Of a stretch of 64,000 nucleotides of DNA, positions 1 to 9,141 are shown one piece after another. Numbering within the stretch: the stretch's first letter is position 1; every line of letters begins with the position of its first letter. The notes below the pieces were generated by a model that saw only the letters and a list, made by a program, of their open reading frames with translations, made no database searches and was not told the DNA's origin. The DNA is from Candidatus Woesearchaeota archaeon (GTDB taxonomy: Archaea > Nanobdellota > Nanobdellia > Woesearchaeales > SKIA01). The stretch spans positions 67,711 to 131,710 of the forward strand of contig JBJKRI010000008.1 of the NCBI GenBank assembly GCA_046704725.1, written 5' to 3'. The translations under genes and the position numbers were made by a program.

Positions 1-353
1 ATGTCCGCGACGAAACGGATGGTGTTGCGACCGAGGGAGGTCGGAATCCGGATCTCCGGCACCCCCATCCAACCTGTGAGGCGCTCGAGACGCGGCCGGC
101 GCCACCGACGCGGAACAGGGTTGTATGCCGGATGCAAACGGTATATCGGCCGCGCGATCCCCTTCACGCCCTGAGGCAGCCGCGTATTCCGCACACTGGT
201 CAAGACCACATCCTCCACCTCGAGCATGAACTCCTGGAAGTCACGCAGATCATCGACCTTTCCATAGAACGGCCCAGCATCAGGATTGAAGATGCTCGGT
301 CCGAAAGAATACAACGGCGATAGGTTCTCATGGAACCGATGGGTGACTTTCAT
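1..353 (-). CDS. hypothetical protein, runs off the window edge
   Basis: Manual translation from ATG at 353 (MKVTHRFHENLSPLYSFGPS...) stays open to position 1; TAAATA about 25 nt upstream; absent from the ORF track because it has no stop in the window. Confidence 0.6.
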   Translation of the reverse strand, partial: MKVTHRFHENLSPLYSFGPSIFNPDAGPFYGKVDDLRDFQEFMLEVEDVVLTSVRNTRLPQGVKGIARPIYRLHPAYNPVPRRWRRPRLERLTGWMGVPEIRIPTSLGRNTIRFVAD

Positions 354-373
354 GGATGGGTGAAACCACTTCA

Positions 374-1228
374 CTATTTAGTATCGACTGCCGAAAGAAC
401 GGTGTACATGTCGTCTAGCGCAGCGATGATGGACGGTTCGTGGGTGATGACGATCGTCTCGGCGTTGCGCGTGTTCGCGTTCGCGGTCGGGTTGTAGCTG
501 CCGAAGATCGCCGTATCGTCGTCGATGACGAAGGCCTTGAGATGCATGACACCAGGGATGTCCGGGGTCGCGACGGGGATGCCGGAAGCGACGAGCGCCT
601 TATACTCAGAACCGCGACCGTTGGCGTTCTGGGGCTCGATGACGCCGCGCACGTCCACGCCCCGCGCCTCTTTCTGGCGGAGCGTCAGTCCTATCGCGTC
701 GCTCGTGAACGAGAACGTCATGAAACGGATGGAGCTGTCGGCTTTCTCCAACGCGGCCACGACGTGCTCCTCGCACGCATCGCGCGGACAGAACAGGACG
801 GTCATTGAACGGTTGTTGAGCATCCAGGTCTTCGGGTGGCTGCCGGAGCCATCATGCTGGAGGAAGGCGTACTCGGCGCTGAGCGCTCTGGCGAGCGTGG
901 CCGAATGGAAACGGACGACGATGTTCGCGTTCTTCTCCAACCCGTTGGACGTGGGGTTCGCCGTGCCCACGACAGCGTCGGTGCCGTTGAAGCACCACTT
1001 GTCGTGCATGTACTCGGCCACACGGATGGGGGTCCCGACGCCGTGAAAGTTACGATGGTCCACGAGCATGCCCGGCCGGCTCCAATTGGCGTCAGCGTCG
1101 AAGAAGGCGCACGTCGCGAAACCGTCATAGGCCGCCGTGCACGACGGGCAGGTGAAGACCTGCACGGCGCCCTGCTCGCTGACGGTGCACGCGCCGAGAA
1201 GCAAGAGGATGAGGATGAAGGTGCGCAT
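374..1228 (-). CDS. phospholipase D/nuclease superfamily lipoprotein
   Basis: Lipobox-like LLLLLGAC; two HKD-type motifs: MHDKWCFNG...GTAN (degenerate) and MHLKAFVIDD...GSYN. Confidence 0.85.
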   Translation of the reverse strand: MRTFILILLLLGACTVSEQGAVQVFTCPSCTAAYDGFATCAFFDADANWSRPGMLVDHRNFHGVGTPIRVAEYMHDKWCFNGTDAVVGTANPTSNGLEKNANIVVRFHSATLARALSAEYAFLQHDGSGSHPKTWMLNNRSMTVLFCPRDACEEHVVAALEKADSSIRFMTFSFTSDAIGLTLRQKEARGVDVRGVIEPQNANGRGSEYKALVASGIPVATPDIPGVMHLKAFVIDDDTAIFGSYNPTANANTRNAETIVITHEPSIIAALDDMYTVLSAVDTK

Positions 1229-1306
1229 GGAGGGTCGTTGTGCGCCAACCTTTACTGCTGTTCACGCTCTGGAACCGGAAAACACCATCTCCGAAGGGAA
1301 CACAGC

Positions 1307-1795
1307 TCACTTGGAGAGTGGATTGTCCGTGGGGCAGATGCCTTCAAGGGTCTTCTTCACGCAGATACCGTCACAGCACATCTTGACGGTGTGGTTCTCC
1401 CGTGTATCTGTCGGACCGAGCGGGATTGTGCGGGCGAAATCGGTGTAGGGGCACGAGCCGATGCAATCCGGCGTGAGGTTCTGCACGTCGGTCTGGAACC
1501 TGCCGTCCACGAAAGCGGTGCAGCTCTGCGGAATCGCGTGGTACTGGAGTATGAGACTGACGTACGCGACGTCCGTGTAGGGTGCGTTGCACGTGAACGA
1601 GGTGTTGTCGAAGGTCGGGGTGCCGAGGGTGAAGGCGCCCTTGGTCACGCTCGGGCTGTCAAGGCCGATGCCCTGCTGCTGGGCGAGCACCTCGTTGGAG
1701 GCGTACTTCGCGCCCGAGCTCACGACGAAGAATAATACAGAGCCCATGAGCAGCGCGGCCATGGCGATGATGAAGAACAGCACACGATAGTTCAT
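1307..1795 (-). CDS. membrane-anchored Cys-rich exported protein
   Basis: N-terminal hydrophobic helix, several Cys; ATGA overlap with upstream gene. Confidence 0.7.
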   Translation of the reverse strand: MNYRVLFFIIAMAALLMGSVLFFVVSSGAKYASNEVLAQQQGIGLDSPSVTKGAFTLGTPTFDNTSFTCNAPYTDVAYVSLILQYHAIPQSCTAFVDGRFQTDVQNLTPDCIGSCPYTDFARTIPLGPTDTRENHTVKMCCDGICVKKTLEGICPTDNPLSK

Positions 1796-2202
1796 AGCCC
1801 GTATCTGACGTCCCCGTACGCGTCGGCGAGCGCGGACAAGAAGCGCGCTTCGGGCGTGTCGGGGACATACACCTCTGCATCCTCACCGGCGACCTCTTTC
1901 AAATAGGTTTCTATCTCGCTCGCGGTGAGCGAGGACAGTAGCAAGTCAGTGGAAACGTCCTCGTCCTCTGTGTAGGCTTTGAGACGCAGGGCGGCCGCCT
2001 CGTCGCGAGAGCCGCACACCAGGCCGTCCGGCGCGCGCGATACCTCGACGCGACCGTTGAGAGCGTCCCGGAGCAGGAGTTCGGCAGCTCGCGTGTTGCC
2101 TGTGCGCTCCGGAGCGTCGGACAAGACGATCTTCTCGCCCGCGCGGATGTCGCCGCGCTCGCGCAATTCCCGACGGAAACGGCGCAACAGGGCATTGCTC
2201 AT
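1792..2202 (-). CDS. hypothetical protein resembling a collapsed TtcA/TtuA/Ncs6 PP-loop fold
   Basis: ATGA-coupled on both sides; segments RRFRRELRERGDIRAGEKIVLS, GSRDEAA and LTASEIETYL echo the family, but SGGKDS and CxxC are absent. Confidence 0.55.
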   Translation of the reverse strand: MSNALLRRFRRELRERGDIRAGEKIVLSDAPERTGNTRAAELLLRDALNGRVEVSRAPDGLVCGSRDEAAALRLKAYTEDEDVSTDLLLSSLTASEIETYLKEVAGEDAEVYVPDTPEARFLSALADAYGDVRYGL

Positions 2203-3635
2203 CGCGGATCCCTCGCCCGGCGCACGAGCGCCTGCTTGACCGTGTCGGTGGCGTACGCCTGCAGACGCTGGGCTGGCGACTCGTTATCGCCGTGCTCGGC
2301 GAATGTCACGCGGATCGTGCTCACCGCCCAACCGATCGCTGCGGCCATGAACGGCCCTGTTCCTCGCTCTCCGCCGCAACCGAACCAGTGCTGGAAAGCC
2401 TCCCATGCCGGGATGTACTGCGGCTTCCACTCGAGCGTGGTCTTGCGCCAGGCATGCCAGGCGTCCTGCACGCATTGCGGATCGTCGGAGAACGGCATCA
2501 GGCGACCGACGGCAGCCTTCTTGGGAAGGTAGACTGCGCTGTTCTTGGAGATGTGGCGGTAGAGATTGGGGTTGTACCACTGGAGGATCTCTTTGGACAG
2601 TCCCGTCGACCGCTCGAGCTCCCGCACGCTCCATCTACGCGTCGTGATATACCGGTACACGGAATCCTGGGGGGTCGCTGCGAGTGTGGAATCGAGGAGG
2701 GATGTGAGCGAGAGCACCTGGTCAACGTAGGTGAGCGTTGCAGGGCCCATCGAGGGGCTGAAGATGCGCCTGTACTTCCTGCTGTTCGGATACGAACGAC
2801 GGATCTCCAGCCCTGCCAGGTACTGCGCGAAAGGCGTTCCCGAGACGCCCGCCATCCTGCCTAGGCTCTCTATCCTCCTAGCGTTGATATCGCCGCTATG
2901 ATACGCTTGCAATGCCATGATGACCGACCCGTGCTCCTTCGCGAGCACCTGAAGCATGGAAGCGGCTATGGCGACGGGCGTGAAACGATCCTTCCATTCA
3001 TAGACGAAGGGGAGCGCCGAACGGAAATACGCGTCATTGCCAAAGCTGAGCTGGGCGACACCGTGCGCCGCCCAGGAATGCGCGGTCGCGTCCGTGCCGC
3101 TCTCCAGGACGATCTGCGCAGCGAGCTCTCCGGGCAAGGAGAAATCGTTGTAGATGCGAGTGTCCATCGAGAGGAAGGATGCATTCTTCCCGAGGGCCCT
3201 CAAGTGATCATTTCGCCCGCTGTTCCAGGTCATATCCGCATAGGCATGGTCGTTTTTCGCGCTCTGTCTCGCAAGGCGCATGACTCTCTTGGCACGAGTC
3301 TGCCACCATCCCCTCCCGCTTCTCTCGAGGAGGGAATCGAGCTGGGGGGTCACATCGGTGCAGCCGCGCGGCCAGGCGCGTCGCTTGTCGCAGACGCCGA
3401 TGGTGCTGCCGTCCTTGTCGAAGAAGAGGATGTGCTTGCTGTCCGTTCGGGTGAAGACATCCTTCCACAGCCGCGACTGTTCCCGTTGCTCTTGCCAGTG
3501 CGCTTTGCGTATCCTGTACCGTTCGACGAGCGTGGGCGGCTCGACGCCCACCGGCGCGAGCGTGGGCGGGGGCGTCGACGCGCTCCCGAACGTGACTGCT
3601 GTGAGCGCCGCGAGCGCGAGTCCTCTCCATCGCAT
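2199..3635 (-). CDS. secreted lytic transglycosylase (SLT/MltD-like) with LysM-like segment
   Basis: Signal peptide; LPGELAAQIVLES (catalytic Glu), AHSWAAHGVAQL, MALQAYHSG, TLTYVDQV; LysM-like SVRELERSTGLSKEILQWYNPNL. Confidence 0.8.
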   Translation of the reverse strand: MRWRGLALAALTAVTFGSASTPPPTLAPVGVEPPTLVERYRIRKAHWQEQREQSRLWKDVFTRTDSKHILFFDKDGSTIGVCDKRRAWPRGCTDVTPQLDSLLERSGRGWWQTRAKRVMRLARQSAKNDHAYADMTWNSGRNDHLRALGKNASFLSMDTRIYNDFSLPGELAAQIVLESGTDATAHSWAAHGVAQLSFGNDAYFRSALPFVYEWKDRFTPVAIAASMLQVLAKEHGSVIMALQAYHSGDINARRIESLGRMAGVSGTPFAQYLAGLEIRRSYPNSRKYRRIFSPSMGPATLTYVDQVLSLTSLLDSTLAATPQDSVYRYITTRRWSVRELERSTGLSKEILQWYNPNLYRHISKNSAVYLPKKAAVGRLMPFSDDPQCVQDAWHAWRKTTLEWKPQYIPAWEAFQHWFGCGGERGTGPFMAAAIGWAVSTIRVTFAEHGDNESPAQRLQAYATDTVKQALVRRARDPR

Positions 3636-3767
3636 GGCACTCGTGCTTGGCTCCGCCTATTTGTCTGTTGCGGAGAAAAGCATGTGCTGCAGTGTATCCA
3701 TTACAAAATAGTGACAAAACGCAATGTTTTTAAGGGGGGACTCCTCCCACACACGCACTCACCTCTT

Positions 3768-3822
3768 TTCCTGCGGCAGGGGTCCGGAGGGCGTCCGCGT
3801 CCTCTGGCCTGCTGCCCAGGAA
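3768..3822 (+). ncRNA. candidate structured small RNA (long hairpin)
   Basis: Stacked stems 3768-72/3818-22, 3773-80/3808-15 and 3784-93/3798-3807 with TCCG loop; three G-U pairs favour the + strand; TTTTTAAG at 3727-3734. Confidence 0.4.
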
Positions 3823-5463
3823 CTATTTCCTGCGCTTCGGCTTACGGACGAACAGCTCGCGCGCAAGCACCCCGCCCGCGAAACCGATAGCGATGCCCGC
3901 GGCGAACAGGAACGCGCGCGAGAAATCCACCTGGTACGACGGCGGACGCGGCGTGAAATAGATATCGAGCGAGCCGAGCTCCAGAGCATAATCCGCGTAG
4001 AGGTTCGCCGAGTAGGGATCCTTGAGATCCTTGGCGTACTGGTAATACGAGTAGGACAGGACGGGGAAGCTCCGGCGCTGCGCGGACTGCGACAAGAGCT
4101 CACGCGCCTTCTCGATCTTGAGTTGGACCGTCTTGTTGAGGTCGTTGCCGCTATAGAGGGCGCTGATGACAGAATCCGCCTCGGCCTTCGCTTTCGACGC
4201 CTTGAACACGCACAAGGCGTACTCCTTCTGGCGGCGGAAATCATACGCGTCCGAGAGCTCGGTGCGGGTGTCCGTCAACGGAATCGTCGTGAGGTACGTG
4301 ATGTAATTGAGGCGCTCCTCCGCCTCGGCGAGCTTGGTGTCGCAGCTCTGCTGCAACTGGGCGGTCGATAGGTCGAGCCGCTCCGACGGGAGCTTGCCGA
4401 AGAACGTGCTCCAAGCGAGCGCGCTGTTGAACCGCTCAAGCGCGTACGCGACGCCGCTCGCGTTGAGGTGTTGGTAATCCTCCTTGTCCAACGTGTTCGA
4501 AGCGTCCATGAGACGCTCGCGGACAACCATGTAGATCTCGAGATCGCTGATGGTAGTGAAATTCTTCGGGAGCTGATTGTCCGTCTGCTGGATGTCAACC
4601 CGCAACTGGCGATAGATGCTACGCAAATAGTCCTGGGACTGATTGGAGAGCAGCTCGGTGCGCAAGGACAGGTCGGCGGCGAAGCAGAACGAGGCCGCGC
4701 TATAATAATCGCCCTTGTCGCTCGCGTTCACGGCGAGCGCACGGTCCACGATGCTCTCGTTGGTGGGCGCCGTCTCATTGGCCAGACCGTCGGCGCGCGA
4801 GCACAATGTCTGGGCGATGGACTGCATGGTCTGGGAGTACTGCACCGGCACGGTGAGATTGCCCTCCTTGGGACGGATGTCCTTGCCCGTGAAGTACCAG
4901 ATGGCAGTCTCCACGTCGCGGACAGGGATCACGTCGATGCCCGTGATGTTCGCGAGAGAAGCGTTGTACTCCGCAGCCGGGACCAGCACCTTGGAGAAGT
5001 TGCTCGCTCTTGCGGCATCGATCTTCGCAGGCACCCCACCCACCGGACCGAGCAACCCGCCGCTGTTGATAGTCCCGGTCATCACCGTATCCTGACGGAT
5101 CGGGAGGTTCTCGAGCGCGGCGTAGGCAAGGACGGTCATCGCTCCGCCGGCCGACGGGCCGCCGATGATCGTGCTGCGAGCGCGGATGACGTAGAAGAAA
5201 TCGAGCTTGGAGCAATCCCTGTCGGCGAGCTGGCAAGCGTACTCGCGCGCGAAGCGGGCGGAGAGCTGCGTGTCGAGCTTGGTGAGGGGGAAGCTGTCGA
5301 TATAGACCGCGCCGTTTCCCGGACGCACGTCGAGATAGATGTCGGCGGTGCTGCCCTGGCTTGTATTGGCATCGGAGACGGAGAGCACGGTGATATGCTT
5401 CTGCGTAGCCATCACCATGGGCAGCGCGCACAGCACGAGGAGGATGAGCAGGAATCGCTTCAC
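3823..5463 (-). CDS. archaeal secreted Lon-like (S16) serine protease, membrane anchored
   Basis: Signal peptide; GGPSAGGA (Ser) and TGTIN...PVGGVPAK (Lys) dyad motifs; no AAA domain; C-terminal TM helix. Confidence 0.9.
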   Translation of the reverse strand: MKRFLLILLVLCALPMVMATQKHITVLSVSDANTSQGSTADIYLDVRPGNGAVYIDSFPLTKLDTQLSARFAREYACQLADRDCSKLDFFYVIRARSTIIGGPSAGGAMTVLAYAALENLPIRQDTVMTGTINSGGLLGPVGGVPAKIDAARASNFSKVLVPAAEYNASLANITGIDVIPVRDVETAIWYFTGKDIRPKEGNLTVPVQYSQTMQSIAQTLCSRADGLANETAPTNESIVDRALAVNASDKGDYYSAASFCFAADLSLRTELLSNQSQDYLRSIYRQLRVDIQQTDNQLPKNFTTISDLEIYMVVRERLMDASNTLDKEDYQHLNASGVAYALERFNSALAWSTFFGKLPSERLDLSTAQLQQSCDTKLAEAEERLNYITYLTTIPLTDTRTELSDAYDFRRQKEYALCVFKASKAKAEADSVISALYSGNDLNKTVQLKIEKARELLSQSAQRRSFPVLSYSYYQYAKDLKDPYSANLYADYALELGSLDIYFTPRPPSYQVDFSRAFLFAAGIAIGFAGGVLARELFVRKPKRRK

Positions 5464-5493
5464 GGACGCGCCAGCACCCTGCCCCTTATATGC

Positions 5494-6480
5494 TTATTGC
5501 TCGGAGGGCAACGCCTGTGCGACATACCACTTACCCCTGCTGTCCTGCACGACGGGAACGCGCGTCCCTGGCTCGATATCGACGCTGTGCGCGAGCTGCA
5601 CCTCCTGGAACGTGTCGGGATCGAGGATGGTCGGCTTCGGCTTGATGGCGGAGAGCACGGTCTCGTGGATGTCGAGCGGCACCGCGTTCTCGGGACAAGG
5701 GATCGTCGTTCGCTTGCGACGGCGCAAGTCGAAGCACTTGAGCGTGGAACCCATGCGCGTGATGCGAACAAGCCGTTTGTCCAACTCGATGACGTCGTTG
5801 CGCCAGAAGTCGGGCAGGCGCACGAGCGCGGTGAGCCGGAAGACCTGCTTGGAGGTCTGCGAATCGTATGTGTGCAACCGCGACTGCGTCTTGATCGTGC
5901 CGCCGAAACGACGATGCAGCTCGTGTGCGAAGGAGTGGAGGAACTGCTGGTCGGTGAAGGAGAAGTCGATGCCGCCGCGCACGTCGCGCGCCTTGGTGAT
6001 GAGCACCTCGGGCTCTTTTTGCATACGGCGCTCGATATAGGAGACGACCTGCTCGTTGGGGTTGCGCAACTGCAACGTACCCTCGAAATAGGACGACTTG
6101 GCCTTGGCGCAACGGTCGCACTCGCTGTACTCGATGCTGACTGCGACCTCGTACTCCTCGCCGTAGGGTTCGATATGCTCGCTGACCGTTCCCTCGACAT
6201 CGATGGGGAGCACGAACTCCTTGGGACGCTCGGTGAGCACGGGCTGGGGGAAACGCACGTCCGTGATGACAGCGCGCGGATTGAAGACCAATGCGCGGCG
6301 CAACAGGTCAGTGAAGCGCTCGGGCTGCTCCCAATGGCCGTGGTAGAGGACGCGCCCGCACTGGCCGCACGCGATGAGGGAGAAGGGCTTGACCTCTACG
6401 ATGAGGGGCTCTCGCTCGCGCAAGCACGCCTCGCAGAAGACGTCCACCGCCTCCTTGCCGCAGTTCGGACAGAACACCAT
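5494..6480 (-). CDS. nmd3: NMD3 family ribosome-associated protein
   Basis: FCPNCG..FCEAC, CGQCG and CDRC zinc motifs; YFEGTLQLR; start placed at ATG 6480 from the TATA position. Confidence 0.9.
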   Translation of the reverse strand: MVFCPNCGKEAVDVFCEACLREREPLIVEVKPFSLIACGQCGRVLYHGHWEQPERFTDLLRRALVFNPRAVITDVRFPQPVLTERPKEFVLPIDVEGTVSEHIEPYGEEYEVAVSIEYSECDRCAKAKSSYFEGTLQLRNPNEQVVSYIERRMQKEPEVLITKARDVRGGIDFSFTDQQFLHSFAHELHRRFGGTIKTQSRLHTYDSQTSKQVFRLTALVRLPDFWRNDVIELDKRLVRITRMGSTLKCFDLRRRKRTTIPCPENAVPLDIHETVLSAIKPKPTILDPDTFQEVQLAHSVDIEPGTRVPVVQDSRGKWYVAQALPSEQ

Positions 6481-6571
6481 GTATTTCGGAGCGCTCCGCA
6501 TCTTTTAAGCGCTCGTTTTCTCCTGCGTCTGCATCCATCCCTTTTTTAAGGGACGGCAGAATCATCCTTGG

Positions 6572-7339
6572 GTGGACGTCAAGCGAGCGCTCAAACGGAC
6601 ATGGGATTTCCTGTGGCACGATGACAGCGTCTGGTCGTGGCTCGCGAACATCGCGGTAGCGTTCGTGCTCATCAAGTTCATCATCTATCCGTTGATCGGG
6701 CTCGCCTTCGGCACGAGCCTGCCCGTCGTCGCCGTCGTCTCGGGGAGCATGTACCACGGCCCCGAGCAGGGCATGCTGTGCGGTGTTCCCGTGCAGGGGG
6801 CTCCTGACTGGTGGTCGACGTGCAAGGAATGGTACGTGTCGCGCAACATCTCGCACGCCGAATTCAGTTCGTTCCCGTTCTCGGGCGGCTTCGCGAAAGG
6901 AGACATCATGCTCTTGCGCGGGGTCAAGCCCGGAGAGATACACGTCGGCGACATCCTCGTGTACAACGCGGGCGTGAGCTATCCAGTCATCCACCGTGTC
7001 GTACGCATCTACACGCAGAACGGCACGACGTACTACCAGACGAAGGGCGACCACAACGGTGACAGCATACAGGAATACATCCTTCCGGCAGGACAGTTCG
7101 CATACACCTGTTACCAGGTGGTCCGCGGGGCAGTCGAGCCCGCTGTGTGCGGGCCAGGCACCAAGCAGGTCACGCGCAGCACTCCCGGGGCGATCGCCGT
7201 GCTCGACGAGACGCACATCACGCAATCGCAAGTGGTCGGCGTGGCGTGGGGACGCATCCCCTACGTCGGCTACGTGAAGATCTGGTTCGTGGACCTGCTG
7301 CAGCTGTTCGGGTTGCATGCGGGTTCGCAACTTTTTTAA
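6572..7339 (+). CDS. sec11: signal peptidase I, archaeal S26B type
   Basis: VVSGSM (Ser), GDI, VIHRV (His), TKGDHN, IPYVGY motifs. Confidence 0.92.
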   Translation: MDVKRALKRTWDFLWHDDSVWSWLANIAVAFVLIKFIIYPLIGLAFGTSLPVVAVVSGSMYHGPEQGMLCGVPVQGAPDWWSTCKEWYVSRNISHAEFSSFPFSGGFAKGDIMLLRGVKPGEIHVGDILVYNAGVSYPVIHRVVRIYTQNGTTYYQTKGDHNGDSIQEYILPAGQFAYTCYQVVRGAVEPAVCGPGTKQVTRSTPGAIAVLDETHITQSQVVGVAWGRIPYVGYVKIWFVDLLQLFGLHAGSQLF

Positions 7340-7362
7340 ACCGGTCGGGCCTCGGCCGGAAT

Positions 7363-7674
7363 ATGGAGTTCTGCCCCAAGTGCAAAAGCCTGATGCGTCC
7401 CATGCAGAAAGGCGGCAAGACCGTGCTCGGATGCAGCTGCGGCTATGTCAAGAAGGAAGCGGCGAAACCGATCGTCGAGAAGGTGAAAGAGCCCGAAGCG
7501 CTCGTCGTGATGAGCGAGGACGAGGAGACGCTGCCCATCACGGAAGAGGAATGCCCCAAGTGCGGGAACAAGAAAGCGTATTTCTGGCTGCAGCAGACGC
7601 GTGCCGGGGACGAGCCCGAGACAAAGTTCCTGCGCTGCACCAAGTGCAAGCACACCTGGCGCGACTATTCGTGA
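7363..7674 (+). CDS. tfs: transcription factor S (TFS/RpoM)
   Basis: MEFCPKC..CSCGY and CPKCG..QTRAGDEPET..CTKC zinc ribbons; acidic DE hairpin intact. Confidence 0.95.
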   Translation: MEFCPKCKSLMRPMQKGGKTVLGCSCGYVKKEAAKPIVEKVKEPEALVVMSEDEETLPITEEECPKCGNKKAYFWLQQTRAGDEPETKFLRCTKCKHTWRDYS

Positions 7675-8201
7675 GGCAGGCGCTTCATCACCGCGTCCAC
7701 GACCTGCTCGATATCCATGTCGGACGTGTCGATGACGATATCGAAGTTCTTCGGATCGTACACGTCGATGCTGTATAGTCGCAGGAGGTGTTGACGGAAT
7801 CTTTCCGCTCGCGAGTCGGTGGCTTCGAGCGCCTCTCGCCAATCTTTGTACGGCTTCTCCCCTTCCCGGCGTCCCTTGAGGACGCGCTCTCCCCGTATCT
7901 CATCCTCTCCCGTGAGGAAGACCTTGACGCTCTGCGGGAGGAAATGCCATCCAGCACGGGCGTCAACGACGATAGCGTCTTGTTCTCCGAGCATTCTTGT
8001 CCGTTCGTCGAAAGCCACGTCATACTTCTGCGGATCCTTGCGGGACAACGCATCGAACTCCTCGATGGTCAGGCCCATCTCTTTGGCGAGCGCGCGCTTG
8101 ACCTCGCCCATCCCCCACCACCTGTAACCAAGACGCTTCGCGACCAATTTACTGACTGTCGTCTTTCCCGTGCCGTTCTGGCCGGAGAAGGTGATGATCA
8201 T
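7665..8201 (-). CDS. cmk: cytidylate kinase, archaeal type
   Basis: MIITFSGQNGTGKTT P-loop; family-like GEVKRALAKEMGLTIEEF and DIVIDTS. Confidence 0.85.
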   Translation of the reverse strand: MIITFSGQNGTGKTTVSKLVAKRLGYRWWGMGEVKRALAKEMGLTIEEFDALSRKDPQKYDVAFDERTRMLGEQDAIVVDARAGWHFLPQSVKVFLTGEDEIRGERVLKGRREGEKPYKDWREALEATDSRAERFRQHLLRLYSIDVYDPKNFDIVIDTSDMDIEQVVDAVMKRLPHE

Positions 8202-8275
8202 GCAACCGCGGATGAACGGTTCTTTTTGTTGGTATCGGTCGAAGGGTTTATGGGCGAGCTGCGCTGGGAGATGTC

Positions 8276-8521
8276 ATGGAACTTCCTGCCGAACCCGGAG
8301 CAGTCTTCGCGGTACGCGTGCATCCATCCGCGACGCGGACGCGCCTTGTCCGGTACGACGGCGCGCGCGAGGAATTCGTCTTCGATGTGGCGGCGGTGGC
8401 GGACAAAGGCAAGGCGAACGCGGAGCTGCTATCGCACCTGAAGAAGTCGTATGGACTGGCGTGCGAGATCGTCTCTGGAGCGACGAGCAGGAAAAAACTG
8501 CTCCGCGTCCGGAATCGTTAA
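8276..8521 (+). CDS. DUF167/YggU family protein
   Basis: VRVHP, GKANAELL, IVSGATSRKK motifs. Confidence 0.85.
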   Translation: MELPAEPGAVFAVRVHPSATRTRLVRYDGAREEFVFDVAAVADKGKANAELLSHLKKSYGLACEIVSGATSRKKLLRVRNR

Positions 8522-8545
8522 GTACTCCTGGAGAATCGTGACGGG

Positions 8546-8980
8546 ATGTCGACGCTTGCGTACTTTAGCGGACAAGAAGGGACTTCTTCACGCCATGCAT
8601 GGCGACTGCCGGACATTCCTATAGATGCGACAGCGAAGGATGTGAAAAGATCGCTCCCTCGACTGCTCGCGAATATGAAGGCAGCGGGATTGGCCGCTTA
8701 CCTGGACCCTTTCACGAGAGGCATTCCTTGGGAGTGGGAGCTATGGTGGCCTGGTTGTGCGATACAATCGGATAGCATGCATATCGAATATTATCCTGGT
8801 CCGTCACTGTCCATGTCGGAGCTGGTTTTCAAACAGGCCCAGTTGAAGCCAGATCACATCCCTGCTTTCATTGCGCACTTGAATTCGTTGTACGCATCCA
8901 ATGCGTTCCCAGAACTCAGGCCGGGACCATCGCGCCTCAGCCGTGCGAAGATGGGCTTGCGACGACTGATCGGGCGCTGA
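8546..8980 (+). CDS. hypothetical protein
   Basis: 144-aa ORF filling the gap; TTAAGTA upstream; codon usage less GC-biased than neighbours. Confidence 0.6.
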   Translation: MSTLAYFSGQEGTSSRHAWRLPDIPIDATAKDVKRSLPRLLANMKAAGLAAYLDPFTRGIPWEWELWWPGCAIQSDSMHIEYYPGPSLSMSELVFKQAQLKPDHIPAFIAHLNSLYASNAFPELRPGPSRLSRAKMGLRRLIGR

Positions 8981-8982
8981 GC

Positions 8983-9054
8983 CTACTCCTCCTCGTTGTC
9001 GTAGAACTCGTCGAGGGAGGCGCTGGTCTTCATCGCTTTGTAGCTCACTGCCAT
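8983..9054 (-). CDS. putative 23-aa microprotein MAVSYKAMKTSASLDEFYDNEEE
   Basis: ATG 9054 to TAG 8983; host-like codons; TTTATG about 30 nt upstream. Confidence 0.45.
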   Translation of the reverse strand: MAVSYKAMKTSASLDEFYDNEEE

Positions 9055-9141
9055 ACGCCCGCACTCATTAGTCCGATTCATAAACACTGTTGCGGACGAA
9101 ACCTTCCGATTGGATAGGTATTCTCAAGCGATGGAAAACAA

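Noticed and set aside
132-323. 63-aa + strand ORF
   Set aside because: Antisense to a longer uninterrupted minus-strand frame that has a TATA-positioned start at 353
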